Shown: positions 28,577-38,873, counted from the first letter of the stretch. The stretch: DNA of 64,000 nt from Patescibacteria group bacterium (GCA_041658785.1 JBAZZL010000002.1:1714-65713), one strand, 5' to 3'. Numbers and translations: made by a program. Notes: generated by a model not told the origin, from the letters alone.

Positions 28577-30366
28577 AATTCCTTTGGTTGAAATACCGTG
28601 TAATTTTTGTTTTCAAACTTTTTATCAAAATATTCTTCGTTGAACAATTTTCTTGGGATATTGACAACCAATTCTTTGAGCTGATAAGGAAAATCGTCTA
28701 AATGAAAGTATATCGGATAATAATCAGGATCTCCAGTATAAAAAATAAATAAATCAATCGCTCCAAATGGAGTCTTTTTTGTTGCCCAATAAAATTCGTC
28801 AGGGCTATTTATCAGCGCCAAAGATTTGATATAAGCCAAGCGCTCTGAAAATTGCGCGGCCGGGTGAGAATTGTGCTGGTTAAAATAAATAAAATCATTA
28901 AGCGGTAAAAAAGCGTGCAAAGGAGTCAGGCTGGAATGCAGGGTAATTTTTTTGTAAATATCAGCGTAATTATTCTCTAAAAATCCAATTAGCTCCTCCA
29001 TCTTCGGCTCTAAAGCGCGGGCGTGTTCTCTGGTTTTCAAAACTTTTGTTTGGTCAGCAAAAGTACCAAAAATCAGCTGGGTTGAAAGAAAAATCAAACC
29101 AACAATTGCAACGCTTTGCTGCCACGCTGCCTGGGGATAACGTTTTTTAAGATATCCCCACAATCTTTCAATTCCATAAGCCAAAGCAAGCGCTAAAATT
29201 GCTCTGTTGAAAAAATAAAAACCTTTTGACTCTTGCAAAGGCGAGGCTAAAAATAAAATGGTAAAAAGACCCATCAACTGCCACAAATAAGAAGCGGCAA
29301 ACAAACTCAAGAGTCCGCGGATATATAAATGCTGGCGCCAAATAATCAGCGCCGCGAAACCAACCATCATCAGCAACCCTCGCAAACTCAAATCAAACAA
29401 CGGTCCGGTTGTCGCGATCCATTCGGTCACAAAAAATCCCAATTGCCAATTTTCCGACCCGCGCTCAATATAAACTCTGATTAGAGGCGCCCAATAAAAA
29501 GCGCCGACAACTAAAACTACAATGCCCGTAGCCAGTAAAGAAAAATATTTTTTATATTCAATCTTTTTGCCTGCAAATAAATTGAAGAGGGCAATGCCGA
29601 TGGCGGCGAGAAAAAACCAAAAATAAAAAAGCAGAAACAATATCCCGCCTGTTATCCCAAAAACAATCACCCTCATTCCCTTCAGTTTATTTTGATGCAG
29701 CTGATAAATTAACAAAACGGTCCAAAGTACAACCAGCGAAGCGCTGACCAATTCATATGGTTTGATAATAACAGCATCCCAATCAATAAAGACAAATAAA
29801 AAAATGGCTGATAAAAACCACGCCAGCGCTCCTGGAGCTTCCTTGGCTCTGTCCGCCATCTGATTCTTCAGCCAAAACCGCTTTTGAATTAAAAAAAATA
29901 AAACCGGATAAAAAACAATAGCGCCAACAGCTCCAATTTTTGCTATCTGAATGCCGTTATAATTCAAAAACTTTCCTATTAAGCCAAAAATCCAAAACCA
30001 AAGCGGAGGATAAAACGGCGGCAGAGACGCGTAAGCAAAATCAGACAAGAGGCTGCCATGGGCAAACATTTCATACATCGCGGCAATAGTAATTTCATCC
30101 GCTTCCAACCCCCAAAACATCAGCTTCATCTGATGAACCAAAAAAAAATAAGCCAACCCGGAAGAAATCCCAATTAAAAACAAAAAATAACCAAATCTCC
30201 ATTTTTGATAAATGGCAACGAGCCCTAGCGCGATAAAAAGAAAAAAAAACAGCTTCACTGCGATAATGTGTTGTAAATCATTGTATGATAACAAAACATC
30301 CATAATGAATAAAAAAGTAATTGGTAAATGGTAAATAGTAATTATCTTTACATTTTCAAACACCAA
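28573..30366 (-). CDS. large polytopic membrane protein (GT-C-like glycosyltransferase fold suspected)
   Basis: More than 12 predicted TM helices. 597 aa. Confidence 0.4.
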   Translation of the reverse strand: MVFENVKIITIYHLPITFLFIMDVLLSYNDLQHIIAVKLFFFLFIALGLVAIYQKWRFGYFLFLIGISSGLAYFFLVHQMKLMFWGLEADEITIAAMYEMFAHGSLLSDFAYASLPPFYPPLWFWIFGLIGKFLNYNGIQIAKIGAVGAIVFYPVLFFLIQKRFWLKNQMADRAKEAPGALAWFLSAIFLFVFIDWDAVIIKPYELVSASLVVLWTVLLIYQLHQNKLKGMRVIVFGITGGILFLLFYFWFFLAAIGIALFNLFAGKKIEYKKYFSLLATGIVVLVVGAFYWAPLIRVYIERGSENWQLGFFVTEWIATTGPLFDLSLRGLLMMVGFAALIIWRQHLYIRGLLSLFAASYLWQLMGLFTILFLASPLQESKGFYFFNRAILALALAYGIERLWGYLKKRYPQAAWQQSVAIVGLIFLSTQLIFGTFADQTKVLKTREHARALEPKMEELIGFLENNYADIYKKITLHSSLTPLHAFLPLNDFIYFNQHNSHPAAQFSERLAYIKSLALINSPDEFYWATKKTPFGAIDLFIFYTGDPDYYPIYFHLDDFPYQLKELVVNIPRKLFNEEYFDKKFENKNYTVFQPKEL

Positions 30367-30397
30367 TTATCAATTACCATTTATTAATTACTGTGAA

Positions 30398-30703
30398 TTA
30401 CTTTTTCACAAATCGCATCTTCTCCTGCTTTGACGCCAAAATCTCTCTCGCCCTCTCCCTTCCCTTTCTCGTCAATTTTACATCCGTAACAAACCACTTA
30501 TGCGGCGTGCGCCGGCCGTAGCCAATTAGTAATTCTTTGTTTATCAATCGCTCCAAACTATTGGTAATAATCCCCTCTTCGTACTTGGCAACCGCGCCGC
30601 TCTCTCGCTTTTCATAAAACTCCCGGAAAATCTTTCGGTCAATCTTTCCCCCTTTTTCAAAACAGCGAAGGATGATGTGTTTTTGGAGAGAGCTTAAATA
30701 CAT
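30398..30703 (-). CDS. hypothetical small basic protein
   Basis: 101-aa ORF. Possible wHTH. Confidence 0.3.
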   Translation of the reverse strand: MYLSSLQKHIILRCFEKGGKIDRKIFREFYEKRESGAVAKYEEGIITNSLERLINKELLIGYGRRTPHKWFVTDVKLTRKGRERAREILASKQEKMRFVKK

Positions 30704-30870
30704 ATCTTATCAATTCACCTAATTCATCTAATTGTCTAATTCACCTAATAAAAATTCCAATTTCCAATTTAAAAAATATTAACGTAGAGCAACTGGAATG
30801 TTTGGCATTATCTTATTTGAAATTTTATTAGGTGGATTAGGTGAATTAGACAATTAGGTGAATTTTCAGA
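30697..30870. repeat. ~40-bp inverted repeat arms (TTAGGTGAATTAG family) flanking a heptamer-containing core
   Basis: Arms aattcacctaattcatctaattgtctaattcacctaat / attaggtggattaggtgaattagacaattaggtgaatt. Related copy at 8285-8325. Confidence 0.5.
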
Positions 30871-30871
30871 C

Positions 30872-32644
30872 TTACTTTTTCTCTGTGATCCTTATTCCCA
30901 ACTCCTCCAACTGTTTCTTATCAACTTCCCCCGGCGCGCCAGTCATCACCTCTTCCGCCTGCTGATTCTTCGGAAACGGCACCACCGCGCGGATGTTTCT
31001 TTCGTTCAATAAAACCATGGCCAGCCGCTCAATACCAGGAGCAAATCCACAGTGCGGCGGAGCGCCGTATTCAAACGCGTCAATCATGTGGCCGAACTTT
31101 TTATCAACTTGCTCTTTGGAATAACCGGCAATGGCAAACGCCTTATACATTATTTCCGGATCTTTATTTCTAACCGCGCCGGAGGATAATTCAAAACCAT
31201 TGGCAATAATATCGTACTGCTCCGCGATAATTTTTAACGGATCTTCTTTTTGGAGCGTCTCAAGTCCTCCCCGCGGCTGGGAAAACGGATTATGCCCGAA
31301 GTCAATCTTTTTAAACTCTTCATTGTACTCGTACATGGGAAAATCCACAATCCACGCCCAGGCAATCATGTTCGGATCTTTTAAATTCATTTTCTCTCCC
31401 ACCAATTCTCGCACCGCCCCCAGCGCTTTACAACTCACTTCCCATTTATCAGCAACAAAAAACAAAATATAATTCTGTTTAATTTTGTTTAATTTTGTCA
31501 AATTCTTTAATTCTTTCAAATGCTCTTCACTAACAAATTTAGAAATCCCGCCATCTAACTTCCCATCAATAACTTTAAACCACGCCAACCCCTTGGCATG
31601 CGCGCGAACAGCCGCGTCCAAAAATTCGCCGTCCAATTCGCTCCGGTTGAAACTTTCGCCGCCGGGAACAATCAAACAACGAACGTATTCGGCATTTTGG
31701 AAGACCTTAAAATCCGTCCGCTTAGCCCACGCGGTAACATCGGTTAATTTTAAATCAAACCTCAAGTCCGGCCGGTCGCTCCCGTAGGTTTCCAAACATT
31801 CTCTGAACGGAATGCGGGGAAACGGCTTTTGCAAAACTTTTTTGCCCGCCACTTCCTCGGTGAGGCCGATAAACAATGGCTCCATTTCCTGAAAAAATTC
31901 TTCCGGCGTCAGAAAACTCGTCTCCACGTCCAATTGATAAAATTCACCGGGAGAACGATCGGCCCGCGCGTCTTCGTCGCGCATGCAGGGAGCAATCTGG
32001 TAGTATTTATCAAAACCCGCGACCATCAATAATTGTTTATACTGTTGCGGCGCCTGAGGCAAAGCGTAAAACTTGCCCGGGTGGATCCGGCTCGGCACCA
32101 GATAATCCCGCGCACCCTCGGGCGATGAAACCGTCAGAATCGGCGTGGCAATATGCGTAAACCCGCGCCCATCCATATAGTCGCGGATGTACTTCTCCAT
32201 CTTCGCCCGGAATAAAATATTATTTTTCAACTGCTCCCGCCGCAATTCCAAATAACGGTATTTCAATCGCAACTCTTCATCCTCTTCTCCCTTGCGCGCG
32301 TCAAAAATTTCAAACGGCAATGTTTTCGCCCGGCTCAAAATTTCCACCGCGCTCGCCGCTAACTCAATCTCGCCCGTGGCTAATTCCTTGTTTACCGTCT
32401 TCGCCTCGCGTTTTACCACTTCACCCGTAACTTTGATAACATACTCGTATTTTAACTCTTCGGCCGCGGCGTAATTTCCGGTCTTCTCCGGACTAAAAAC
32501 CACCTGCGTAATCCCATACCGGTCCCGTAAATCAACAAAAATCAAGCCGCCAAACTTGCGCCTCTTATGCACCCAGCCGGACAAGGTTACTTTTTTCCCG
32601 GCGTGTTTTTTAGTTAATTCTCCGCAGGTGTGAGTTCTATACAT
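30872..32644 (-). CDS. aspS: aspartate--tRNA ligase (bacterial type)
   Basis: 590 aa. Class II motifs 2/3 (FRDE, GLDR). GAD insertion domain. Short repeat-derived stretch at 31460-31500. Confidence 0.9.
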   Translation of the reverse strand: MYRTHTCGELTKKHAGKKVTLSGWVHKRRKFGGLIFVDLRDRYGITQVVFSPEKTGNYAAAEELKYEYVIKVTGEVVKREAKTVNKELATGEIELAASAVEILSRAKTLPFEIFDARKGEEDEELRLKYRYLELRREQLKNNILFRAKMEKYIRDYMDGRGFTHIATPILTVSSPEGARDYLVPSRIHPGKFYALPQAPQQYKQLLMVAGFDKYYQIAPCMRDEDARADRSPGEFYQLDVETSFLTPEEFFQEMEPLFIGLTEEVAGKKVLQKPFPRIPFRECLETYGSDRPDLRFDLKLTDVTAWAKRTDFKVFQNAEYVRCLIVPGGESFNRSELDGEFLDAAVRAHAKGLAWFKVIDGKLDGGISKFVSEEHLKELKNLTKLNKIKQNYILFFVADKWEVSCKALGAVRELVGEKMNLKDPNMIAWAWIVDFPMYEYNEEFKKIDFGHNPFSQPRGGLETLQKEDPLKIIAEQYDIIANGFELSSGAVRNKDPEIMYKAFAIAGYSKEQVDKKFGHMIDAFEYGAPPHCGFAPGIERLAMVLLNERNIRAVVPFPKNQQAEEVMTGAPGEVDKKQLEELGIRITEKK

Positions 32645-32759
32645 AGCCGCCTATTGACAAGATTAAATTTAAATTATACAATACAGTTGGAATTGACACT
32701 GCCTCAAATAGTCCCGTTCATCGGGTGCGTCCTCCTAGAGAGGTAAGAGGCAGTGTTTT

Positions 32760-33389
32760 TTATTTCGGCCAAATTTGTACCCAAATTTCTTTAGGAGAAA
32801 TATATTGATAATACAAACTCCAATCTTTCTTATTCTGAACTTTCCTGTTGATAATGCCGGAAACATAATCAGCTACTTGCAGTAAACTGTTAGCGGAGGA
32901 ACGCTGTTGTTTAAATTTCTTTATCGGCCTCTTATCTCTATTATTTAACTTTGATCTTAGATATTTTCCCAAACTTTTCCGGAAATCCGGCGAGCCGGAT
33001 CTGTCCAGCACCACGATTGCGTTGTCCAAATAAGGCAGAGCATTAGTAAAAGTCATCTGGCACGCATATTTGTAAAAAGATTCTTTGACGGAAAAACCCG
33101 GGCCGTACAGCTTGCTAGGATCTTTGTTTATCACGACGGAAAAATAAGTAAAATGATACGGTCGTATCGCTTGCAAAAAAGCTTGGCGCACCCGCCTGGA
33201 ATTATGCGTGAAATGAAATTCAAAATTTGCCGGATAACCAAGTTCTTTTCTCAATAACGCGACGCGCTTGTCGCAATCGCCGGCGATCTCATTATCCTGA
33301 AATAATATCATTGAAATTATAAAAAACTGACTTGAGCCCTCACCGACCTTTCGGCCAGTATCACCTGACTCATCGATAAATACGAGCAT
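32760..33389 (-). CDS. DUF3800 family protein
   Basis: Hallmark N-terminus MLVFIDESGD. Confidence 0.65.
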   Translation of the reverse strand: MLVFIDESGDTGRKVGEGSSQFFIISMILFQDNEIAGDCDKRVALLRKELGYPANFEFHFTHNSRRVRQAFLQAIRPYHFTYFSVVINKDPSKLYGPGFSVKESFYKYACQMTFTNALPYLDNAIVVLDRSGSPDFRKSLGKYLRSKLNNRDKRPIKKFKQQRSSANSLLQVADYVSGIINRKVQNKKDWSLYYQYISPKEIWVQIWPK

Positions 33390-33534
33390 AGTTTTACTTC
33401 AAAATCGCCCTATTATTGTACCAATTCTCGGCTCTTTACGCAAGTTATCAACAGATAGGTTGTTTTTTTTTGCGGGGTGGTAGAATACACTGAAAGCGCC
33501 ATTCGCTTTGTATTAACAATTTAATGATAGTTTT

Positions 33535-34275
33535 ATGTCACCAGGAGAACATCAAGGTTATAGACCACCCGACGCAGATAAACCTATCACAAATGATGGA
33601 GTAGAAACGCTAAAACGACAACGGGAAAAAACGGCAGCCGCCTTAGCCGAAGCGGAGAAGGAGGAAGAAGAAGAGGCAAGAATAGATCTCGTAGGTGATT
33701 TAATAAATGAAATAGAAATAATAGATGATGAACTAAGAAAAAAATATTGGTCGTCGCAAAAGGCAACCGAAAATGAAACCGTCGGTAGCGAGGTTCAGAC
33801 ACGAATCGCCGGAATAGCCGAGAGATTATTGCCAGAATATGAAGAGATGTTAAGAAGAAATGGCGGACAATACCACTATAGTGATGAACATGTCAATAAA
33901 GAAGGACAAGTCGTCCGCGAAACAAGAATTATCTCTGACCATGAAGAAGTCGTAAAAAGAGCGTTAATCAAACTTGATAAAATCTGTAAAGGTGAACCCT
34001 ACTGTAAAGGAATTCCCGCGGTTGAAGTTGGAGAAAGAAGTGGATATGTTGGGGAAAATAAAACCGAGTTGCGACAATTATCCGATGACTTATTTTTGTA
34101 TACGGACTCTCGACTTATGAATAATGAAACAGGTGTATTTGACCCTGAAGTGCATCTGGTGAATTCGCAGGAAGCGCGAGAACTGCATGAGTCCTTTGGT
34201 GAAAAATCACGACTCAAAATTGCAGAATTAGAAAATCAAATGAAGGCAGGACAAACAATGTTGAACAAATTGTAA
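33535..34275 (+). CDS. hypothetical protein with acidic/coiled-coil N-terminal region
   Basis: 246-aa ORF. Divergent from the DUF3800 gene. Confidence 0.35.
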   Translation: MSPGEHQGYRPPDADKPITNDGVETLKRQREKTAAALAEAEKEEEEEARIDLVGDLINEIEIIDDELRKKYWSSQKATENETVGSEVQTRIAGIAERLLPEYEEMLRRNGGQYHYSDEHVNKEGQVVRETRIISDHEEVVKRALIKLDKICKGEPYCKGIPAVEVGERSGYVGENKTELRQLSDDLFLYTDSRLMNNETGVFDPEVHLVNSQEARELHESFGEKSRLKIAELENQMKAGQTMLNKL

Positions 34276-34304
34276 AAATAGCACGAATCAAAATCATGTA
34301 TCAA

Positions 34305-34340
34305 TCGCCGCCCTTTATCATTCAGGGCGGTTTTTTATTT
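34305..34340 (+). terminator. rho-independent terminator
   Basis: GCCGCCCTTTATCATTCAGGGCGG followed by TTTTTTATTTT. Confidence 0.6.
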
Positions 34341-34399
34341 TCACCTCCCCAGCCCCGCCGCGTTGTTGCGGTCTGGTTGCTCCCCTCTTCGGTGGTAAT

Positions 34400-34604
34400 C
34401 CGACAACTCTATCCCTGTCCCTTTCCCTTATGAAGGGAAAGGGAACCCATTAAGCGGGTTCAACTAAAATTCAATCATTAGGTCATTTCCCTTTAGAAGA
34501 GAAAGCGCGGCCTAACGATTGAATTAAGAACAAACCCTCTTAACGAGTCCTCCTTCCCTTCATAAGGGAAGGAGACAGAGGATGAGTTGTCGGGCTACCG
34601 CCAG
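34400..34604. repeat. ~205-bp foldback (MITE-like) element, copy 2
   Basis: About 93% identical by eye to 5475-5680. Confidence 0.6.
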
Positions 34605-34702
34605 AGAAAGGCAGAGGATAGATTATTGGGCTACCGCGAAGAAAATTTAAACCGCATTCGTTCAGTTTTCAACCTATCAACACCCCATCCCCCTTATCCA
34701 CA

Positions 34703-35752
34703 TCACCCCACCCTTTGAACTTTCGCCACAAAAAACCCTTTCATCTCCCTATCCGGCATTATTCTCAATGCCTTTTTTATTACTTCGTCATGAACGCGCC
34801 GTCCGCGCCACTCCTTCACCATCGGCGCCCGATTAATATTCAAGTTCCCAATATCCAATATCTCGCAATCACTATTTCTCTCTAACAATCGTGTTATCTG
34901 CAACTCATTCTCCTCCGGCGCGAAGGTGCAGGTGGAATAAACCAAAACGCCGCCGGGCTTTAACGCGCCCCAGGCGGAAAATAACAATTGCCTTTGTTTG
35001 TAGGCCATTTCTTTAATTTTTCTCTCTTTCCAATATCCAAACGTTTTCGGATCGTCCGTGATAAACCGCGCTTCGGCGCTGCACGGCGCGTCCAGTAAAA
35101 TTTTATCAAAATACCCCGGATACTCGCGGCACAACGCCGCCCCGTGTTCCATACGCAAAGAAAACACCCAGCTCGAATCGTCTCCCTCTCCTTTTAGGAA
35201 AGGGCTGAGGTGAGGTGTCGGACTACCTCCGTCCAGCGGATGAGATGCCGTCGCCACTCCCAGCGCCTCCATATTATGCTTCAACTTAAAAAACCTCGGC
35301 TTATTATTATCGTTCGCCACCAACTCCCCTTGGCAACCCATCAAAGCGGCAATCTGCGAGGTCTTGCTCCCGGGCGCGGCGGTCAGGTCCAATACTTTTT
35401 CTCCCGGCGTTGGATCAAGGACGAGCGGTGGCGCCATGCTCGCTAAACTCTGGATATAGATTTTTCCGTTTGAGTACAAATCTGACTCGCCCAACTCCCG
35501 TTTAGTTTTATTCTGCAAAATAAACGCGTCCCGATACCACGGCACGTTTTTTATTTTAAACCCTTCTCTTTGCAAACTTTCTAAAACTTCTTCTCTTTTC
35601 GCTTTAATCGTATTGACCCGAAAAGTGGTGGGGCGTTCAATAAAAGTTTTGTTGATCTCCAAAAATAAACCAGGCCCAAAAATTTCTTTGAGCCTGTTTT
35701 GAAATACTTCTGGAATGGTTTTTTGACTATTCCCTTTTTGCTTTCTGCTCAC
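34703..35752 (-). CDS. NOL1/NOP2/Sun-family RNA (cytosine-C5) methyltransferase (RsmB/RsmF-like) with repeat-fragment insert
   Basis: SAM motif LDLTAAPGSKT. Catalytic DAPCS and TC motifs. Insert at 35186-35232 resembles the foldback element's terminal inverted repeat and encodes SPFLKGEGDDSSW. Confidence 0.75.
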   Translation of the reverse strand: MSRKQKGNSQKTIPEVFQNRLKEIFGPGLFLEINKTFIERPTTFRVNTIKAKREEVLESLQREGFKIKNVPWYRDAFILQNKTKRELGESDLYSNGKIYIQSLASMAPPLVLDPTPGEKVLDLTAAPGSKTSQIAALMGCQGELVANDNNKPRFFKLKHNMEALGVATASHPLDGGSPTPHLSPFLKGEGDDSSWVFSLRMEHGAALCREYPGYFDKILLDAPCSAEARFITDDPKTFGYWKERKIKEMAYKQRQLLFSAWGALKPGGVLVYSTCTFAPEENELQITRLLERNSDCEILDIGNLNINRAPMVKEWRGRRVHDEVIKKALRIMPDREMKGFFVAKVQRVG

Positions 35753-35758
35753 AACTTT

Positions 35759-36028
35759 TTATTTGTATAACTGGCTGTGCGTTCCGATTTCCACAAATTC
35801 CACCCATTCAATTTCCCCGCCTTCAAGTTCGCGATACAATGCCCGCCAATTCGCTGTAACATCTATACTTCTGAATCCCTCCCATTTTCCTTTAAGCGCG
35901 TGATTGCGAAGCGAACGATTAAATTGATCATGACGAAAAATCTCCACACTCCTTTCTAAAGCAAACTGTATCTTCTCCGGGGCTTTATAGAAATGTTTCA
36001 AAAATATTTTTGAATAAGTTATTTTCAT
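35759..36028 (-). CDS. YafQ/RelE-family type II toxin
   Basis: 89 aa. H..LKGKW.G.R..D motif pattern of YafQ/RelE. Confidence 0.65.
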   Translation of the reverse strand: MKITYSKIFLKHFYKAPEKIQFALERSVEIFRHDQFNRSLRNHALKGKWEGFRSIDVTANWRALYRELEGGEIEWVEFVEIGTHSQLYK

Positions 36029-36330
36029 ACCTTAACTTTTCCGGTCCTCACATCTTCCAAAAACTTAACCGCCTTATCCGAATCTTCAAATGTGTAATAA
36101 TCGCCGCGTTTCCTTGCTTCATCCGCTTCTTTTAGCGAAGCAACTAAATAATCGCTTGGCTCAAGTTCCTCCTCGTCCACGGCGCTAAAATAAACGCTTT
36201 TTGTGTTTAAAAAATGATGCAGATAAGCATTCAACAAACTGCTCAAACTCAACCCGATTTGTTCGGCGAGTTTCGCGGCTTTTTCTTTCACCTCCGGTTT
36301 GGTTTTGAAATTAATTTGGGCTGAACGCAT
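36025..36330 (-). CDS. DinJ/RelB-family antitoxin
   Basis: Start reassigned to MRSAQINF. INFKT.PEVKE.A..LA...G.SLS. ribbon-helix-helix antitoxin signature. 4-bp overlap with the toxin. Confidence 0.6.
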   Translation of the reverse strand: MRSAQINFKTKPEVKEKAAKLAEQIGLSLSSLLNAYLHHFLNTKSVYFSAVDEEELEPSDYLVASLKEADEARKRGDYYTFEDSDKAVKFLEDVRTGKVKV

Positions 36331-36764
36331 ATTATTATATAAAAAGTATAGAATAAGTGTATATTTACTATACACTTTATCTATAATTTTGTCAAGAGAC
36401 CGCTGGTTCAATCCACGCCATACTTATCATCCGCTTTTTGAAGCGTGATCATCCTTTTACCGGAACGCAAAATCAAGCGCGCCATTTTCACTCGCTTCTT
36501 TAATTCTTTGCTTCGCGATGCGCATTGATCTTCCAAAATTTCTTCAAATTCTTTTTTTAAAAAATCGGCTTGCCTCTTATCCATAAAGCATTCGCGTTTA
36601 GTTCTTTATTTTTATGTGGATTAGCGAATTGAGCCCGGCCGGGCGAAATTCGCGCCGGAGCACCGCCAGCGCGAAATTCGTCTGCGGACTCATTTCGCTA
36701 CTCCATCGGATCTGCCGCGGATTTTTTATTTTTCGTAATTTCGTACTCTTTCGTATTTCGTATC

Positions 36765-38057
36765 CTACGGCCTCACCCGATTAATCATCCGCGGAAACGG
36801 AATCGTCTCCCGAATATGATGAATGCCGGAAATCCAGCGGGTGAGCCGCTCAATGCCCAGGCCAAAGCCGCAGTGCGGTACCGAGCCGTACCGCCGCAAA
36901 TCAAGATACCAGTCAAATTGTTCCAGATTCAGCCCCGCTTTTTGAATGGAGGACTTAAGAATTTCAAAGTTATCTTCACGCTCCGAACCGCCGATAATTT
37001 CGCCAAAGCCGCGCGGCGCCAGCACGTCCGCGTTGCAGACTAAATCAGGGTTATCGGGATGCGTTTTCATGTAAAACGGTTTGATGTTTTTCGGCCAATT
37101 TTTCACGATCACCGCCGCGTCCGAATCTTGCGTCAACAAAACCTCATCATCCGCCCCCAAATCATCGCCATATTTAATATCCGAACCGCGTTTTTGGAGT
37201 TCAGTAATCGCCGCGCCGTATTCGTAATGAATAAAAGGACTGGCTGCCGTCGCTTTCAGCTCATCCGTGTTTCTTTCCAAAATCGCCAGCTCCTCCCTCC
37301 CCCGTTCCAGCGCGTACTGAACCAGATGTTTAACGCCCGCTTCTTGTATTTTCAAACTTTCTTCGTGATGAATGTACGCAATCTCCGGATTCAGAGTCCA
37401 AAATTCCGTCAGATGCTTGCGCGTTTTGGATTTTTCCGCGCGGAAATTCGGGCACAAATCATAAACTTTGCCAAACGCCAAACACATCGCTTCCAGATAA
37501 AGCTGGCCGTTTTGGGTTAAATATACGGTATTGCCAAAATAATCAACCGGAAACAAATCGCTTGTCCCTTCGCAAGAATTGGGAGTAAAAGTGGGAGTAT
37601 CCAGTTCAATATATCCGTTAGAATTAAAATAATCCTGCAAACCGGTTTTTACCAAATGTCTTATTCTTAAAACCGCCCACTGCTTTTTGCTGCGCAGCCA
37701 CAAGTGGCGATTATCCAGCAAAAACTCCGGTCCGTGTTCTTTGTGAGCAATCGGATATTCTTCGGCAATCTGAACAATTTTTATGTTCAAAACCTGCAGT
37801 TCAAACTCACGCTCTTTTTTGGGATGTTTAGACACTTTTCCCGTAACAATCAAAGACGACTCCTGCGTCAATTTTCCCGCGCTTTCCCAAACCGCTGGTT
37901 CTACTTCGTTTTTGGAAACAACGGCCTGAAGAAAACCCGATCCATCGCGCAATTCCAAAAAAACAATTGATCCAGAAGACCGCTTGTTGTACAGCCAGCC
38001 TTTTATTTCCACGCTTTTATCAATAAATCCGGAAATGTCTTTGATTAGAATATGCAT
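36765..38057 (-). CDS. asnS: asparagine--tRNA ligase (class IIb; AsnRS, or archaeal-type AspRS as alternative)
   Basis: 430 aa. N-terminal OB fold. FRAEKSKTRKHLTEFW motif 2. GLGIERL motif 3. Confidence 0.7.
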   Translation of the reverse strand: MHILIKDISGFIDKSVEIKGWLYNKRSSGSIVFLELRDGSGFLQAVVSKNEVEPAVWESAGKLTQESSLIVTGKVSKHPKKEREFELQVLNIKIVQIAEEYPIAHKEHGPEFLLDNRHLWLRSKKQWAVLRIRHLVKTGLQDYFNSNGYIELDTPTFTPNSCEGTSDLFPVDYFGNTVYLTQNGQLYLEAMCLAFGKVYDLCPNFRAEKSKTRKHLTEFWTLNPEIAYIHHEESLKIQEAGVKHLVQYALERGREELAILERNTDELKATAASPFIHYEYGAAITELQKRGSDIKYGDDLGADDEVLLTQDSDAAVIVKNWPKNIKPFYMKTHPDNPDLVCNADVLAPRGFGEIIGGSEREDNFEILKSSIQKAGLNLEQFDWYLDLRRYGSVPHCGFGLGIERLTRWISGIHHIRETIPFPRMINRVRP

Positions 38058-38070
38058 AAATTTGATTAAA

Positions 38071-38158
38071 GAAACTAGAAATTAAAAACTGGAAACTGGA
38101 AACTGGCTGTAAAACAATAATTTCCAGTTTCTAATTTCTAGTTTCTAGTTTCCTGATT
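38071..38158. repeat. palindromic array of heptamer repeats (GAAACTG/GAAATTA vs TTTCCAG/TTTCTAA)
   Basis: gaaactagaaattaaaaactggaaactggaaactgg ... tttccagtttctaatttctagtttctagtttcc. Confidence 0.6.
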
Positions 38159-38165
38159 TCCCAAG

Positions 38166-38570
38166 TTAAACAGAAGACTTCCACAGCCCATGCAAATTGC
38201 AATACGCCCTCGCCTCAATTACCTTGGAGCGAGTATGAAAAACCGCTTCCGGCTTATCGCCCGGCTTCAAAAAGACCCTGCCGCGGCGATTATCTTCCAG
38301 CACAATTTCAATCCATTCAATATAATGTTTTTCCTCCATTGGATGTTCTTCCGAGCCCACTTTAACTTTCACGCCATCGCTCACTTTGCACTCATCGGCC
38401 GGCAAGATTTCAATCACCGGTACGTGCTTTTCTCGCGACGCGTCTACCGTATTTTCGGCTTGCAAGACCATGGGCTGGCCGCAACAAACCAGCTCCCCCG
38501 CTCCGGCGTGCACCATCTCCACGATGTTGCCGCAGATATTGCATTTGTAAACTTGATTTAATTGAGTCAT
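38166..38570 (-). CDS. dfx: desulfoferrodoxin (2Fe superoxide reductase)
   Basis: N-terminal desulforedoxin CxxC...CC. C-terminal SOR His/Cys ligand set. Confidence 0.8.
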   Translation of the reverse strand: MTQLNQVYKCNICGNIVEMVHAGAGELVCCGQPMVLQAENTVDASREKHVPVIEILPADECKVSDGVKVKVGSEEHPMEEKHYIEWIEIVLEDNRRGRVFLKPGDKPEAVFHTRSKVIEARAYCNLHGLWKSSV

Positions 38571-38720
38571 AGGTAAAATTTTTTAGTGTTTTTTGAATAA
38601 TTCGTTAGATTATTAATCTGTATATCTGGATTAAGTTTATTACAAATAGAGTGTGCGGTCAAGTTATGGTATAGCGGCAACCACTGAACGGGGTTTAATT
38701 TCTTATTTCTTATTTCTTCC

Positions 38721-38830
38721 GCAATAAGCGGGATCCCGCCCCGCAATGGAGTCGAGTCCCCGTTCGCTGCGGGGCTCGCTGCCACCGCCACAGCGGGGCC
38801 CCGTCTTCTTTGCGGGGCGGGACAATTTCT
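38721..38830. repeat. GCGGGATCCCGC-centred hairpin-rich repeat element (full copy A) flanked by TTTCTTA heptamers
   Basis: About 70-nt core shared with 63907-63980. Partial copies at 8922-8956 and 50741-50768. Confidence 0.55.
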
Positions 38831-38873
38831 AATTTCTTCAATCATATTTCTATTTATTTCAACCTATTTCTTG

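Noticed and set aside
36424-36594. 57-codon minus-strand ORF (MDKRQADFLKK...) in the dinJ-asnS spacer
   Set aside because: Plausible small protein, but below the size threshold and with no recognisable family. Noted only.
37059-37970. Plus-strand ORFs antisense to asnS
   Set aside because: Products are Arg/Phe-rich low-complexity sequences overlapping a confident gene.
38567-38845. 92-aa minus-strand ORF
   Set aside because: It is a translation of the GCGGGATCCCGC repeat element and flanking heptamers. No start context; the Ala/Pro/Arg-rich product comes from GC-rich hairpins.
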